Shown here: one piece after another, positions 17,606 to 27,140 of the stretch | How the letters are laid out: each line of letters begins with the position of its first letter | Numbering within the stretch: position 1 is the stretch's first letter | From: Candidatus Flemingiibacterium sp. | GTDB lineage: Bacteria; Bacillota; Clostridia; Oscillospirales; CAG-272 | Reading direction: 5' to 3' | Assembly (NCBI GenBank): GCA_045578725.1 | Contig: JAZNKS010000105.1 | Location: 1,423 to 65,422, forward strand | Length of the DNA stretch: 64,000 nucleotides | The notes under the pieces: model-generated | The model's input: only the letters and a program-made list of their open reading frames with translations | Told to the model about the DNA's origin: nothing | Databases searched by the model: none | Program-made: the position numbers and the translations under genes

Positions 17606-18565
17606 TTATTGTCCCACCTTCGATAATAATTTTTTGATAATCAGATTGGAACCGACCATGATTACGAACAGGACAACCGCGATGCAGGAGGAGTAACCAA
17701 CCTCAAAACGCTGTCCGCCGTAGTCCTCAAGGTGGTGCATGATCGTATGCGCCGCGTAGTCAACGGACGGGAAGCCGGCCAGAGCCGTTACAACGCCGCC
17801 GAAACCGAACGAGCTGGTAATCGACATAACCGCACCGAACATCAGCTGAGGCTTCATGGTAGGAAGGGTGATGTACCAAAGCTCCTGCCAACGGTTGCGG
17901 ATACCGTCAACCGCGCCTGCTTCATAGAGCGACTTGTCGATCGTCTGAAGACCGGCGATAAACGAAAGGAACGAGGTACCGAGCGAGGTCCACAGTGCAA
18001 CTACGATACAAAGAGGCATAACGTAGTCGGCATCGCGGAACCAGAGGATCGGGTCGGTGATGAAGCCCAGCTCCATCAGCCACGCATTGACGTAACCGTA
18101 GGAGTCCGCCGAGAAGAGGATGGACCAGATCAGGTAAACCGAACCGGAAATGGAAGGGGCATAGAATACCAGCGTTACAATAGCGCGGATTCTCGGAGAA
18201 AGCTCGTTAATGAACCAAGCAATCAAAAGGGACAGCAGGTAGGAAACCGGGCCCGTGATCGAAGCGAACACCAGCGTATTCTGACAAGCCGTCATGAAAA
18301 TATCATCATCAAGGAAAAGACGGATATAGTTATCCATGAAGATGAACTCAGGAAATTCGAGCAGGTTGAACTGCGTGAAGCTCAGAACAATGGACAGAGC
18401 AACCGGGAACACCGTGAAGATCAGGAACAGAATAAGGAACGGAGCAATCATGATGTATGCCGTCTTATTCCGAGCCATTTCCTTCAGTGTCCACTGAAGC
18501 CTTGTCATGTCTTTTCGAGCTGTCGGCTTCGAAGTTCCCTTTGCAGCCGCTGCATTCTGTGACAT
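17606..18565 (-). CDS. carbohydrate ABC transporter permease (MalF-like), first pair
   Basis: AGLQTIDKSLYEAGAVDGIRNRWQELWYITLP; start moved to ATG 18565 (RBS AAGGAG). Confidence 0.92.
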   Translation of the reverse strand: MSQNAAAAKGTSKPTARKDMTRLQWTLKEMARNKTAYIMIAPFLILFLIFTVFPVALSIVLSFTQFNLLEFPEFIFMDNYIRLFLDDDIFMTACQNTLVFASITGPVSYLLSLLIAWFINELSPRIRAIVTLVFYAPSISGSVYLIWSILFSADSYGYVNAWLMELGFITDPILWFRDADYVMPLCIVVALWTSLGTSFLSFIAGLQTIDKSLYEAGAVDGIRNRWQELWYITLPTMKPQLMFGAVMSITSSFGFGGVVTALAGFPSVDYAAHTIMHHLEDYGGQRFEVGYSSCIAVVLFVIMVGSNLIIKKLLSKVGQ

Positions 18566-18610
18566 GTGCGTTCTCTCCTTATAACAGATTTTGTTGATCC
18601 TGTCGCGGGG

Positions 18611-18645
18611 CCGTGGGGATTCATCCACTTGAACGAATCCCCGGC
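18611..18645 (-). other. intercistronic stem-loop after the solute-binding protein gene
   Basis: GGGGATTC-N12-GAATCCCC, no U-tract. Confidence 0.6.
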
Positions 18646-18670
18646 TCACGCATTGGCAGGAGTGTGTTTA

Positions 18671-21634
18671 TTATTCGGCGCCCTGAGCAGCTTTTGCTTC
18701 TCTGTCGGCCAACGTTTCACCAAGCTCAAGCGTATCAAGGTCAAACTCTTTACGCTTTCTGGTAATTTCCTTATTGATATCATCGATGTAGCCAAGGAGT
18801 TCATCAACCGGGTCAGCAGCATCGTTGTAAGCAGCAAGGAATGCGAAGCTTACATAACGGGCGATAATGTAACCGCCGGGCATTTCAGGAATCGTTGCCA
18901 GGTTGTTGTACTGAGCAAGAATGTTCTTAAGGTCATTCGTGGACCACGGGAGGGCCTCAAGAGCTTCCTTATTTGCCGTTGCGTACATGGAGCCCATACC
19001 GACGATGGATACCATCTCGTTTGCGTAGGTGGACTGGGTTTCCGCGGTGGTGTACCAATCCATGAACTTCCATGCATTTTCCTGCTTCTCGCAGCCGTTC
19101 ATCATAATCATAGACGTTACGGTGGAGATGGCCGTATTGTTGATGTTGCCTTTTTCGTCTTCCATACCAACGACCGGAACGAATTCCCAAAGGTCGCGGA
19201 TTTCCGTTGCGAAGATCGACAGCTGGTTGTAAGCACCGATGTAATCCGCAAAGCCGATCGGCATTTCACCGGTTCTGAAACGGTTTGCGAAGTCGTAGGT
19301 AACAGGGAACGAATACTGTGTAAAGAAGGAGCACAGCTTATCGAATGCTTCCAGTGCAAGGTTGGAATCCAGGTTGATTCTCATACCTTCGTCAGCATAA
19401 AGCTCGCCGCCCATCTGATACAGGAACATATTCAGACCGCCAAGCTCACCGGGGATACCAACGAGCATATTGTTGTACTGAAGAACCGGTACAATAGCCA
19501 TCAGATCATCCCAAGTCTTCGGAATGTCGATACCGAGCTCAGCAAAAACGTCCTTGCGGTAGAAGAGCATATTGAAGGACTGCGTTTCCGGCAGACCGTA
19601 GGTCGTACCGTACAGGGACAGCGGAACAATCGCAGATTCCGAGAACCGGGAGGTAACCTCATCAAAGGTATCGAAATCATTCAGCGGCTGAACCGCATTA
19701 CGGATCGCGTACTGAACCGGGATGTCCTGACCGTTTGACAGAGCAACGTCAGGGCCGGTACCCGACAGCGTAGCCGGGAGCAGCGTACCGCCGGTAACAA
19801 GTTTCAGTCTTACACCAATGTTGGTTTCGGGCGTAAACTTGTTATCAATCATCGAACGGATAACCAGGGACTGGTCACGTCCGGTAGGAGTCCATACATC
19901 AATTACGTCTGCTTCATTCAACTCAATGGTAGCGCCGAGGTTGGAGTAGTCCGTAAAGAAGGACATAATGAAGGAGCTGATTTCAAAGGCAGCCGCTTCA
20001 AAGAAGTTGGCATTTGCCTTCGGGAGCTTGCTGTCTGCAGGCTGGATCGAAATATAGTCGAAGAGCAGCGGCTGATTTCTTACCGTGTTGAGCCAGGTAC
20101 CCAGAGTACCGATGTAGCTCTTCAGGTTACCCATGTTCTTAGCAACCTCGTCCTCATCCGTAGACATCAGCTTCAGGATACGGGCGATGTTGTCCAGCGT
20201 TGCGGTGTTGCTTCCCTTGACACCGTTGATCTCCGTGATCAGTTCGGAGATGGTGGTCAATTCAAGATACTGCGCGTAAAGATCCTTGATCGTATCGGGA
20301 ATCAGCGTACGGAAGTTGTAGTCACGGTACTCATCAGGATCCGCACCGGTAATCTGAAGAATCTTCAGATAGTCCGAGTTGATCGAAGACAGTACATCCT
20401 GAACGCGGCCGATAATCGAGCTCATGCCGCCGAGAACAACTTCAAACTGAATGGTATATGTCTTACCCTCTTCAAAGTAGAAACGGAAGGTCTGCTCACC
20501 GTCTGTCAGTGCTGCAGCCTGCCAGTCATCCGAGAAGTTAAACTGGAGATAATTCGCCTCGCTGAAGGGGATTTCGCCATTGATGCGAATCCGGCGGGAC
20601 GTGTACATACCGGAAAGGTCGGACTGCTTGTAGCGAGGAACGATATCATACAGACCGCTCTTCTCACAGGTAAAGGAATATTCAACCCACTGACCAACGG
20701 TCTGCCACTTCGTACTGCCGAGCGTATTCAGCTTGGACAGCGACGGGCTCTGCGGCTGGGTCAGTGCAGAAGATCTGTCATTCTGCGGATAGATCGTCTG
20801 GTCGGAAGTAGCATCCGGCATTTCAGCCTGAATGATAATCGGCTCAGCGCCTTCTGCAGCCGTGTATCCCTTGCTCTGGTAATCAGCCAGAACCTCAGCA
20901 TAGGTCGGAAGATCCTCATAAGGATACAGCGTGATCGACTTGATTATGATTTCCTCACGGGAAGACTCCAGCGAGATGGTATGTTCGCCCTTTTCGAAGA
21001 CGACTTCATACGGAAGCATATCATATCCGGTCGAGTCCGAGAAGTAGTAGGTTCTCCACTCCGGGTTCTGTGCCTTCTGAGCCTTGATATCATTTCCGTT
21101 GATGTCCGTCTTGAAGGAGCGATTTCCCTCTTCGTCCAAGAGATACTCGTCTTTCCATACCTTCGGAATGGACATATAGCGTGCGCCCTTGAAGGGATAC
21201 TTGTCATCCACACGCAGTCTGCGTTCGATCGCCGTAGACTTACCGACTACCGGGTAGTATTCGATTTCAATCGCATACTTTGCGGTAGCAGGGATCGAAA
21301 CATCCCATGTAACCGTGCCGTCAGCCGGGATGAAGAGCGACTTACCCGAAGAACCTTCGTAGTTCGTCTCCACCTTGACCTTTGCATCGGTCTTTTCCTT
21401 GTTGTAATTTGCTGCTTCGATTGTAATTGGTGATTTGCCTCTGGGTACGTCAGCGTTGCGCGCTGCGTAATCGGCATAGGATTCCGCATTGAGAAGTTCA
21501 CGAACCTCTGCAATGTCATAGCTCACGAAGGAGCTTTCGGGATCCACCTCGGCCGCGCTCACAACGAACGCAGAACCGAGCATCATCAATGACAAAACAG
21601 CAGCAATTAACCTTGTTAATACTGTTTTTCTCAT
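18671..21634 (-). CDS. very large extracellular solute-binding protein (N-terminal CBM-like beta domains + C-terminal family-1 SBP domain)
   Basis: SPase-I-type signal (VSA-AE); C-terminal ~400 aa with GTGPDVAL, YGLPETQSFNMLFYRKDVF, PKTWDDL, AWKFMDW; RBS AGGAGG. Confidence 0.88.
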   Translation of the reverse strand: MRKTVLTRLIAAVLSLMMLGSAFVVSAAEVDPESSFVSYDIAEVRELLNAESYADYAARNADVPRGKSPITIEAANYNKEKTDAKVKVETNYEGSSGKSLFIPADGTVTWDVSIPATAKYAIEIEYYPVVGKSTAIERRLRVDDKYPFKGARYMSIPKVWKDEYLLDEEGNRSFKTDINGNDIKAQKAQNPEWRTYYFSDSTGYDMLPYEVVFEKGEHTISLESSREEIIIKSITLYPYEDLPTYAEVLADYQSKGYTAAEGAEPIIIQAEMPDATSDQTIYPQNDRSSALTQPQSPSLSKLNTLGSTKWQTVGQWVEYSFTCEKSGLYDIVPRYKQSDLSGMYTSRRIRINGEIPFSEANYLQFNFSDDWQAAALTDGEQTFRFYFEEGKTYTIQFEVVLGGMSSIIGRVQDVLSSINSDYLKILQITGADPDEYRDYNFRTLIPDTIKDLYAQYLELTTISELITEINGVKGSNTATLDNIARILKLMSTDEDEVAKNMGNLKSYIGTLGTWLNTVRNQPLLFDYISIQPADSKLPKANANFFEAAAFEISSFIMSFFTDYSNLGATIELNEADVIDVWTPTGRDQSLVIRSMIDNKFTPETNIGVRLKLVTGGTLLPATLSGTGPDVALSNGQDIPVQYAIRNAVQPLNDFDTFDEVTSRFSESAIVPLSLYGTTYGLPETQSFNMLFYRKDVFAELGIDIPKTWDDLMAIVPVLQYNNMLVGIPGELGGLNMFLYQMGGELYADEGMRINLDSNLALEAFDKLCSFFTQYSFPVTYDFANRFRTGEMPIGFADYIGAYNQLSIFATEIRDLWEFVPVVGMEDEKGNINNTAISTVTSMIMMNGCEKQENAWKFMDWYTTAETQSTYANEMVSIVGMGSMYATANKEALEALPWSTNDLKNILAQYNNLATIPEMPGGYIIARYVSFAFLAAYNDAADPVDELLGYIDDINKEITRKRKEFDLDTLELGETLADREAKAAQGAE

Positions 21635-21828
21635 TAATCTTTCCTCCTGCCAAGATTTTTACTTTGAAGGGAACAGAAACGCTTAGACGGCTCTGTCCAG
21701 GCGTTGATCGCTGTGTCGGCAATCCGCCGGTGTGGCTCAACATCGACCGCGCCATGACAAAGCAATGAACCAACCGCACGGCAGCCGGGACGCGCATCCA
21801 GACTATCCGCCGATTTTTTCATACAAAT

Positions 21829-21857
21829 ATAATACCATAATGTTAACGAAAAGTCAA
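21829..21857 (-). promoter_or_regulatory. sigma-A promoter of the transporter operon
   Basis: TTGACT-17-TATTAT with TG extension, giving a leader of about 185 nt. Confidence 0.7.
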
Positions 21858-22326
21858 GAGCGGCATTTTTTTCGTAGTTTTTATTTTTCGCTCCCTTTTC
21901 ATCTCTGTGCGGTGCGAATTTCGTCATTTCGCGTTTCAACGAAGCTTCCGGCACCGGGAGAACCGCGTTTTTCATCCGTAAAACGCCGTATGGGTAATTA
22001 TATTTTACCTTACAACGCCTTTATCTCCCGTTATTTCGGAGCTATTTTGCATTTCAAGGCGGGAGACTTTGATTATGTAATTCTTGTTCACCTTTCATGC
22101 CTGTACCCCGCCCTGGCTTGCGGTATGCCAAAACCCCTGTTTTTTTGTGCACCTTACACAAATATTTCACCGGATTTTCTACATGTGCATTTTTCTTACA
22201 TTCTTTTCCGCGTTTTTGGGCACTCATTTGTGCACCATGCACATTTTTGAGATTTTCGCGGGATATTCACACCATAAATCCCCAATATTTGCCATTTTTC
22301 TTTTGAATCCGCCGCTCCCGATGCAT

Positions 22327-22359
22327 AAACAAAAGGCGGCGCTGCGGCCGCCTTTGTTT
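22327..22359 (-). terminator. terminator after iscU
   Basis: AAACAAAAGGCGGC...GCCGCCTTTGTTT inverted repeat. Confidence 0.7.
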
Positions 22360-22377
22360 AGCAGGAATCTCTTTGTA

Positions 22378-22809
22378 TCAGTGCTTCTTGCTGCAGGTTG
22401 CGCAATGACCGTCGCAGCCGTCCAGCAGATTGTGCTTGATGCCCTTCTTGTCATAGTAATTGGCAATCGCCGACTTGACAGCCTCCTCGGCCAGGACCGA
22501 GCAGTGGATCTTCTGGGGCGGAAGTCCGTCCAGCGCCTCCACAACCGCCTTGTTGGTCAGCTTGAGTGCTTCTTCGACTGTCTTGCCCTTGATCATCTCG
22601 GTTGCCATCGACGAGGTTGCGATGGCCGCGCCGCAGCCGAAGGTCTTGAACTTGATATCCTCGATCACGCCGTCATCGCTGATCTTCAGATACATCTTCA
22701 TGATATCACCGCAGGTTGCGTTGCCGACTTCACCGACAGCATCTGCGTTTTCGATTTCGCCTACATTGCGGGGATTGGCGAAATGATCCATTACTTTCTC
22801 GCTGTACAT
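22378..22809 (-). CDS. iscU: Fe-S cluster scaffold IscU/NifU
   Basis: MYSEKVMDHFANPRNVG, GNATCGD, FGCGAAIA, KIHCSVLA. Confidence 0.96.
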   Translation of the reverse strand: MYSEKVMDHFANPRNVGEIENADAVGEVGNATCGDIMKMYLKISDDGVIEDIKFKTFGCGAAIATSSMATEMIKGKTVEEALKLTNKAVVEALDGLPPQKIHCSVLAEEAVKSAIANYYDKKGIKHNLLDGCDGHCATCSKKH

Positions 22810-22826
22810 TCTATCTATCCTCCAGA

Positions 22827-24014
22827 TTATTTTTCAGAAGCTTTTACCGATTCATAAAGAGGGCTCATGTCGCGCAGGCGCTGCACGATCGGCGGCAGCT
22901 TTTCAAGGATGTATGCGACATCCTCCTCCGTTGTTTCCCGGCTGATCGAAAGCCGGAGTGATCCGTGCGCCTGTTCTACCGGAACGCCGATGGCAAGCAG
23001 CACATGGGAGGCCTCCAGCGATGCCGATGAGCAGGCCGATCCGGTCGAAGCGCAGATGCCGGCCATATCCAGAAGGAGCAGCAGGCTCTCGCCCTCGATA
23101 AATTCGAAGCTGACATTGACATTGCCCGGGAGCCGTCCCTCACGCGGACCGTTGAGCCGTGCATAGGGGATCTTTTCGAGGATTCCGTCGATCAGCTGAT
23201 CACGGAGGCGGGCAACCCGCTCGCTCTCGCCGATTCCGGCCAGCGCATCCTCCAGCGCCTTCGCGAGGCCGACGATGTAGGCGACATTCTCCGTGCCGCC
23301 GCGCTTGCCTCTTTCCTGTCCGCCGCCGTCGATCAGGTTGGCTACCCGGATTCCGTTGCGGATATACAGAGCGCCGATACCCTTCGGTGCGTGAATCTTA
23401 TGCCCGGACAGGCTGAGCATATCCACGCCCAGCTCGGCGATGTTGATCGGCACATTTCCGATTGCCTGTACAGCATCGGTGAAGACGAGCGTCTTCGGAT
23501 TCTTTGCCTTAACCGCCGCGGCAATTTCGCCGATCGGCTCCAGCGTGCCGATTTCGTTGTTGGCAAACATCACCTCAACCAGAACAGTATCCTCGCGGAC
23601 CGCCGCTGCGACCTGTTCGGGTGTGACGCGGCCTTCGCTGTCCACATCCAGATAAGTGACCTCGAATCCCTGCTTTTCCAGAGATTCCAGCGCATGGAGA
23701 ACCGCATGATGCTCAATCTTCGTTGATACGATATGCTTGCCTTTGGCCTGCTGGGCCAGAGCGGCGCCCTTGATTGCCCAGTTGTCGGCTTCCGAGCCGC
23801 TGGCGGTAAAGTAGATTTCGCCGGGCTTGCAGCCGAGCAGGGAAGCAATCTTCTCTCTTGCCGCGGTGATAGCCGCCTTGGTCTCTCGTCCCTTCTGATG
23901 AAGGCTGGACGGGTTGCCGTATCCTTCGCCGAAATACGGGAGCATAACCTCAAGCACCTCTTTGGAGGTAGCCGTGGTTGCCGCGTTATCGGCGTAAACA
24001 AAACGTTGTTCCAT
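22827..24014 (-). CDS. iscS: cysteine desulfurase IscS/NifS
   Basis: [24 protein letters not shown] (PLP Lys), STGSACSS (catalytic Cys). Confidence 0.96.
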   Translation of the reverse strand: MEQRFVYADNAATTATSKEVLEVMLPYFGEGYGNPSSLHQKGRETKAAITAAREKIASLLGCKPGEIYFTASGSEADNWAIKGAALAQQAKGKHIVSTKIEHHAVLHALESLEKQGFEVTYLDVDSEGRVTPEQVAAAVREDTVLVEVMFANNEIGTLEPIGEIAAAVKAKNPKTLVFTDAVQAIGNVPINIAELGVDMLSLSGHKIHAPKGIGALYIRNGIRVANLIDGGGQERGKRGGTENVAYIVGLAKALEDALAGIGESERVARLRDQLIDGILEKIPYARLNGPREGRLPGNVNVSFEFIEGESLLLLLDMAGICASTGSACSSASLEASHVLLAIGVPVEQAHGSLRLSISRETTEEDVAYILEKLPPIVQRLRDMSPLYESVKASEK

Positions 24015-24111
24015 TTATTTCAACTCCTTGATGAGGAAAATTTCTGCAATATTATTGTATACTATTTTGGTGCGATTTTCAATAGCCTGCCGCAGATTTT
24101 GTGTAAACAAT

Positions 24112-24555
24112 TTATGAATAACGGTGCCGCTCGGCCTGCGCAACCGCCAGCGCATCACAGCGCTCGTTGTACGGATGCCCGGCATGGCCCTTGACCCAGA
24201 CCAGCTTGACCGTGTGAATCTCCAGCAGCTGCAGAAGCCGCTCCCAGAGATCCGGATTCAGCGCCGGCGTTTTATCGGATTTTACCCAGCCGCGCTTTTT
24301 CCAGCCGTAGACCCACTTTTTCTCGATCGAATCGATCATGTATTTGGAATCGGAGGTCAGCGTCACATCGCACGGCTCCTTGAGCGCTTCCAGCGCGTTT
24401 ATCGCCGCCAGCAGCTCCATGCGATTGTTGGTTGTCTTCGCCTCACCGCCGGAAAGCTCCTTCTCGATTTTGCCATAGACGATCACCGCTCCCCAACCGC
24501 CGGGGCCGGGATTGTTTTTGCAGGCGCCATCGGTATAGATATCGACGTGTTTCAT
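24112..24555 (-). CDS. rnhA: ribonuclease HI
   Basis: [44 protein letters not shown]. Confidence 0.97.
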   Translation of the reverse strand: MKHVDIYTDGACKNNPGPGGWGAVIVYGKIEKELSGGEAKTTNNRMELLAAINALEALKEPCDVTLTSDSKYMIDSIEKKWVYGWKKRGWVKSDKTPALNPDLWERLLQLLEIHTVKLVWVKGHAGHPYNERCDALAVAQAERHRYS

Positions 24556-24588
24556 TCTTTTTCTTCCTTATTATATATAGGCGGCGGA

Positions 24589-25287
24589 TTACATACGTGC
24601 GCCGTTTTCGTCATAGCGGTCGAGGAAGGTTTCGCCCTTCCCTTCCTTCATGAGGCGGACAAAATCTGCCGCCGATTCAATCCGCTCGGGCAGCCACACA
24701 CCGCCAAGCCATTCCCGCTTGCCGACATGATTGTCCGACCCGGCCGAGCGGATAAGCCCGTATTCTTCGGCATACCATTCGGCCCGGCGGTTCACCTCCG
24801 GCTTCATGCTGGAATTGATGACTTCAACACCGTCCACATCCCGCGGGATCAGACGGATCAGCTCGATATAACCGGCCTCGCGGAAGGGATGAGCGTGGAT
24901 AACCAATCCGCCGTCCTCTCGAACCTTACTCATATACTCGCGCAGTTTCCAGGATAACTGATCGGGATGCGACGAGAGCCAATTTTCATCCAGACCGTAG
25001 ATCAAAAAATCATTTCCGCCGATGGTATATTCCCAGCCGAAAAAGACATCCAACCCGATCTTTTTGCCCTCTTCCTTGGCAGACCGATAACCTTTCACAA
25101 ATCCGGCCACCCACTCATTCCACGGAAGATCCCGGGGTACGATCGTGTTTCCGTTATAAAAGTGATCGGTAATAAAAATTCCCGTATACCCCAGCGACTT
25201 ATAAAAACGCGCCAGCTCCGCGCCGCCAATCCGGGAGCACTTGCTCCCCTCGGCTGTATGGGTATGTGTTTCGTACTTATAAAGCAT
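24589..25287 (-). CDS. PHP-domain phosphoesterase
   Basis: ETHTHT, ITDH, HAHPFR and GSDNH metal-binding motifs. Confidence 0.88.
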   Translation of the reverse strand: MLYKYETHTHTAEGSKCSRIGGAELARFYKSLGYTGIFITDHFYNGNTIVPRDLPWNEWVAGFVKGYRSAKEEGKKIGLDVFFGWEYTIGGNDFLIYGLDENWLSSHPDQLSWKLREYMSKVREDGGLVIHAHPFREAGYIELIRLIPRDVDGVEVINSSMKPEVNRRAEWYAEEYGLIRSAGSDNHVGKREWLGGVWLPERIESAADFVRLMKEGKGETFLDRYDENGARM

Positions 25288-25473
25288 CGCCGCATCCTCC
25301 GAAAAAAGACTACCTTATTATTATATCACATTTCGTCCGATAATTCAAATCTTTTACGGCATTTCCCTTGAAAATTCCATCGAAAATATTGTATAATATT
25401 TATGGAAAACGCCAACCTTTTCAATAATTCCGCCACTTATATGGTACAGCCGCAGAATAAAGGAGGGAAATGC

Positions 25474-27090
25474 ATGGACAAAGCTGTGTGCGATCAACTG
25501 ATTCTTCAGTATACAAATAAGCTGTTCGCATTTGCTGCTGCGAAGACAAGCTCCCTCGAGCGCGCCGAGGAGCTGGCTTCCCGGATCACGCTGGAGGTCT
25601 ATGCTTCCCTTCTGCGGCAGGATGAAATCCGCAATGTGAATGCCTATATCGGCCGCATTGCACGGAATGTCTATGCCCGCTATACCGATGAAAACCGGAT
25701 TCATCGTTGGACGGATCTTGACGGACTGGAGATTTCATCCGGCGAGGATTTCACCGAATCCGTCATCCGGGACGAAATGGCCTCCAGACTGCGTCTGGAA
25801 ATCGCCTATCTTTCCGAGATGCGCCGCAAGGTGCTGATCCAGCACTATTATCAGAACAAGAAGCTGTCCGACATCGCAAAGATGCTGTCCATTCCCATCG
25901 GAACGGTGAAATGGCATCTGAGCGGCGCCCGGGACGAGCTGAAAGAAAGGTTGGATACCATGCATACCATCGGAAATCTGGGACTTTGTCCCATCGAACT
26001 CACCAATCTCGGCCATGACGGCCACCCGGGAAGCCGGGGCGACACGGCGGATTTTCTGGCCCGGCGGCTCACGCAGAATATCGCTTACGCGGCCTATCAT
26101 CAGGCCCTCACCGTCAATGAAATTGCCGATGAGCTCGGCGTTTCCCCGCTTTTTGTCGCCGACGAGGTCGCCGTGCTGGAGGAATACGGCTTCATGGATA
26201 AGCTGCCCGGCGGCAAATACCGCACCAACATTTACATCAGCGAGATGACAAAGGAATGGGATGCGAAGTTGCATGACATTTTCTGCCGCTATGCCGCCAT
26301 CCTCCGCCGGGACTGGGTTCCGGCCGTGATCGAAACGCTGAAGGGATTCGATCCTGCCCGGCTTTACATCCCGGACAAGGACGAAAATCTCTGGCTCTGG
26401 TCCGGCATCACCTGGGCGCTCGGCTCCATCCGGGTCACGGATTCCGGAAAATATTCCGCCGATTCGTATGCCGTCAGCCGTAAGGACGGCGGCCGGTATA
26501 TCGCATGGGCTTCGGTGAAGACGTCCTTCACGCCCGACTACGATGCCTCCCGCTACAACGCCTGCGGCAATATGACCCGCGGATCCGACAAATATCCGAT
26601 CTTTTCCTGGCAGCTGAATACCGTCTACGATACCCGCGAGATGGGCTGGCGGGAGAATCTCTACACCGACTATGAATCGCTGTACGAATTCTATACCGGG
26701 CGGATTCGGAAGAACGAGGCAAGCATCGAAAAGTATCAGCGCCTGCGGAATAAGGGATATCTGCGCGCAGATGATACGGTCAACCTGATCGTTGTCGAGC
26801 ATGGCGGTGCCAATCGGGATGGCGGGCTGACCTCCGTGCTCCCTGCGGCCAATCCCGAAACCGACAAAATCGCGCGGGATCTGGCCGAGGAGATTTACGC
26901 GGTCAACTCGCCGCATTATCCCGAGCATATGCGGCCTCTCTGCCGTGCGTATGCCGAATCCTATAACGGCAACGGTATCCGTATGCGGGTTCTCGAGCAG
27001 CTGGTTCAGGAAGGAATCCTGCAGCTCCCGAAGCCCGAACAGGCCGCCGGGCTGAATACCCTGCTGTTTGCCGATACCCTTCCCCGCTGA
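25474..27090 (+). CDS. ECF-type sigma-70 factor with long soluble C-terminal extension
   Basis: Region 2 (LFAFAAAKTSSLERAEEL...YIGRIARNVY) and region 4 (LSDIAKMLSIPIGTVKWHL); ATG 25474 after AAGGAGG; upstream TTGAAA-18-TATAAT at 25368-25397. Confidence 0.85.
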   Translation: MDKAVCDQLILQYTNKLFAFAAAKTSSLERAEELASRITLEVYASLLRQDEIRNVNAYIGRIARNVYARYTDENRIHRWTDLDGLEISSGEDFTESVIRDEMASRLRLEIAYLSEMRRKVLIQHYYQNKKLSDIAKMLSIPIGTVKWHLSGARDELKERLDTMHTIGNLGLCPIELTNLGHDGHPGSRGDTADFLARRLTQNIAYAAYHQALTVNEIADELGVSPLFVADEVAVLEEYGFMDKLPGGKYRTNIYISEMTKEWDAKLHDIFCRYAAILRRDWVPAVIETLKGFDPARLYIPDKDENLWLWSGITWALGSIRVTDSGKYSADSYAVSRKDGGRYIAWASVKTSFTPDYDASRYNACGNMTRGSDKYPIFSWQLNTVYDTREMGWRENLYTDYESLYEFYTGRIRKNEASIEKYQRLRNKGYLRADDTVNLIVVEHGGANRDGGLTSVLPAANPETDKIARDLAEEIYAVNSPHYPEHMRPLCRAYAESYNGNGIRMRVLEQLVQEGILQLPKPEQAAGLNTLLFADTLPR

Positions 27091-27102
27091 ATAAACAAGC
27101 CA

Positions 27103-27139
27103 GGGAGGTGCTGCATTTTCTGCAGCACCTCCCGTTTTT
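27103..27139. terminator. terminator between convergent sigma factor and purL
   Basis: GGGAGGTGCTGCA-ttttc-TGCAGCACCTCCC then T-tract. Confidence 0.8.
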
Positions 27140-27140
27140 C

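Noticed and set aside
21634..22544. Short ORFs in the intergenic region (21634-21975, 21732-22250, 22084-22857 etc.)
   Set aside because: No RBS or recognisable protein features; they overlap promoter, leader and terminator elements.
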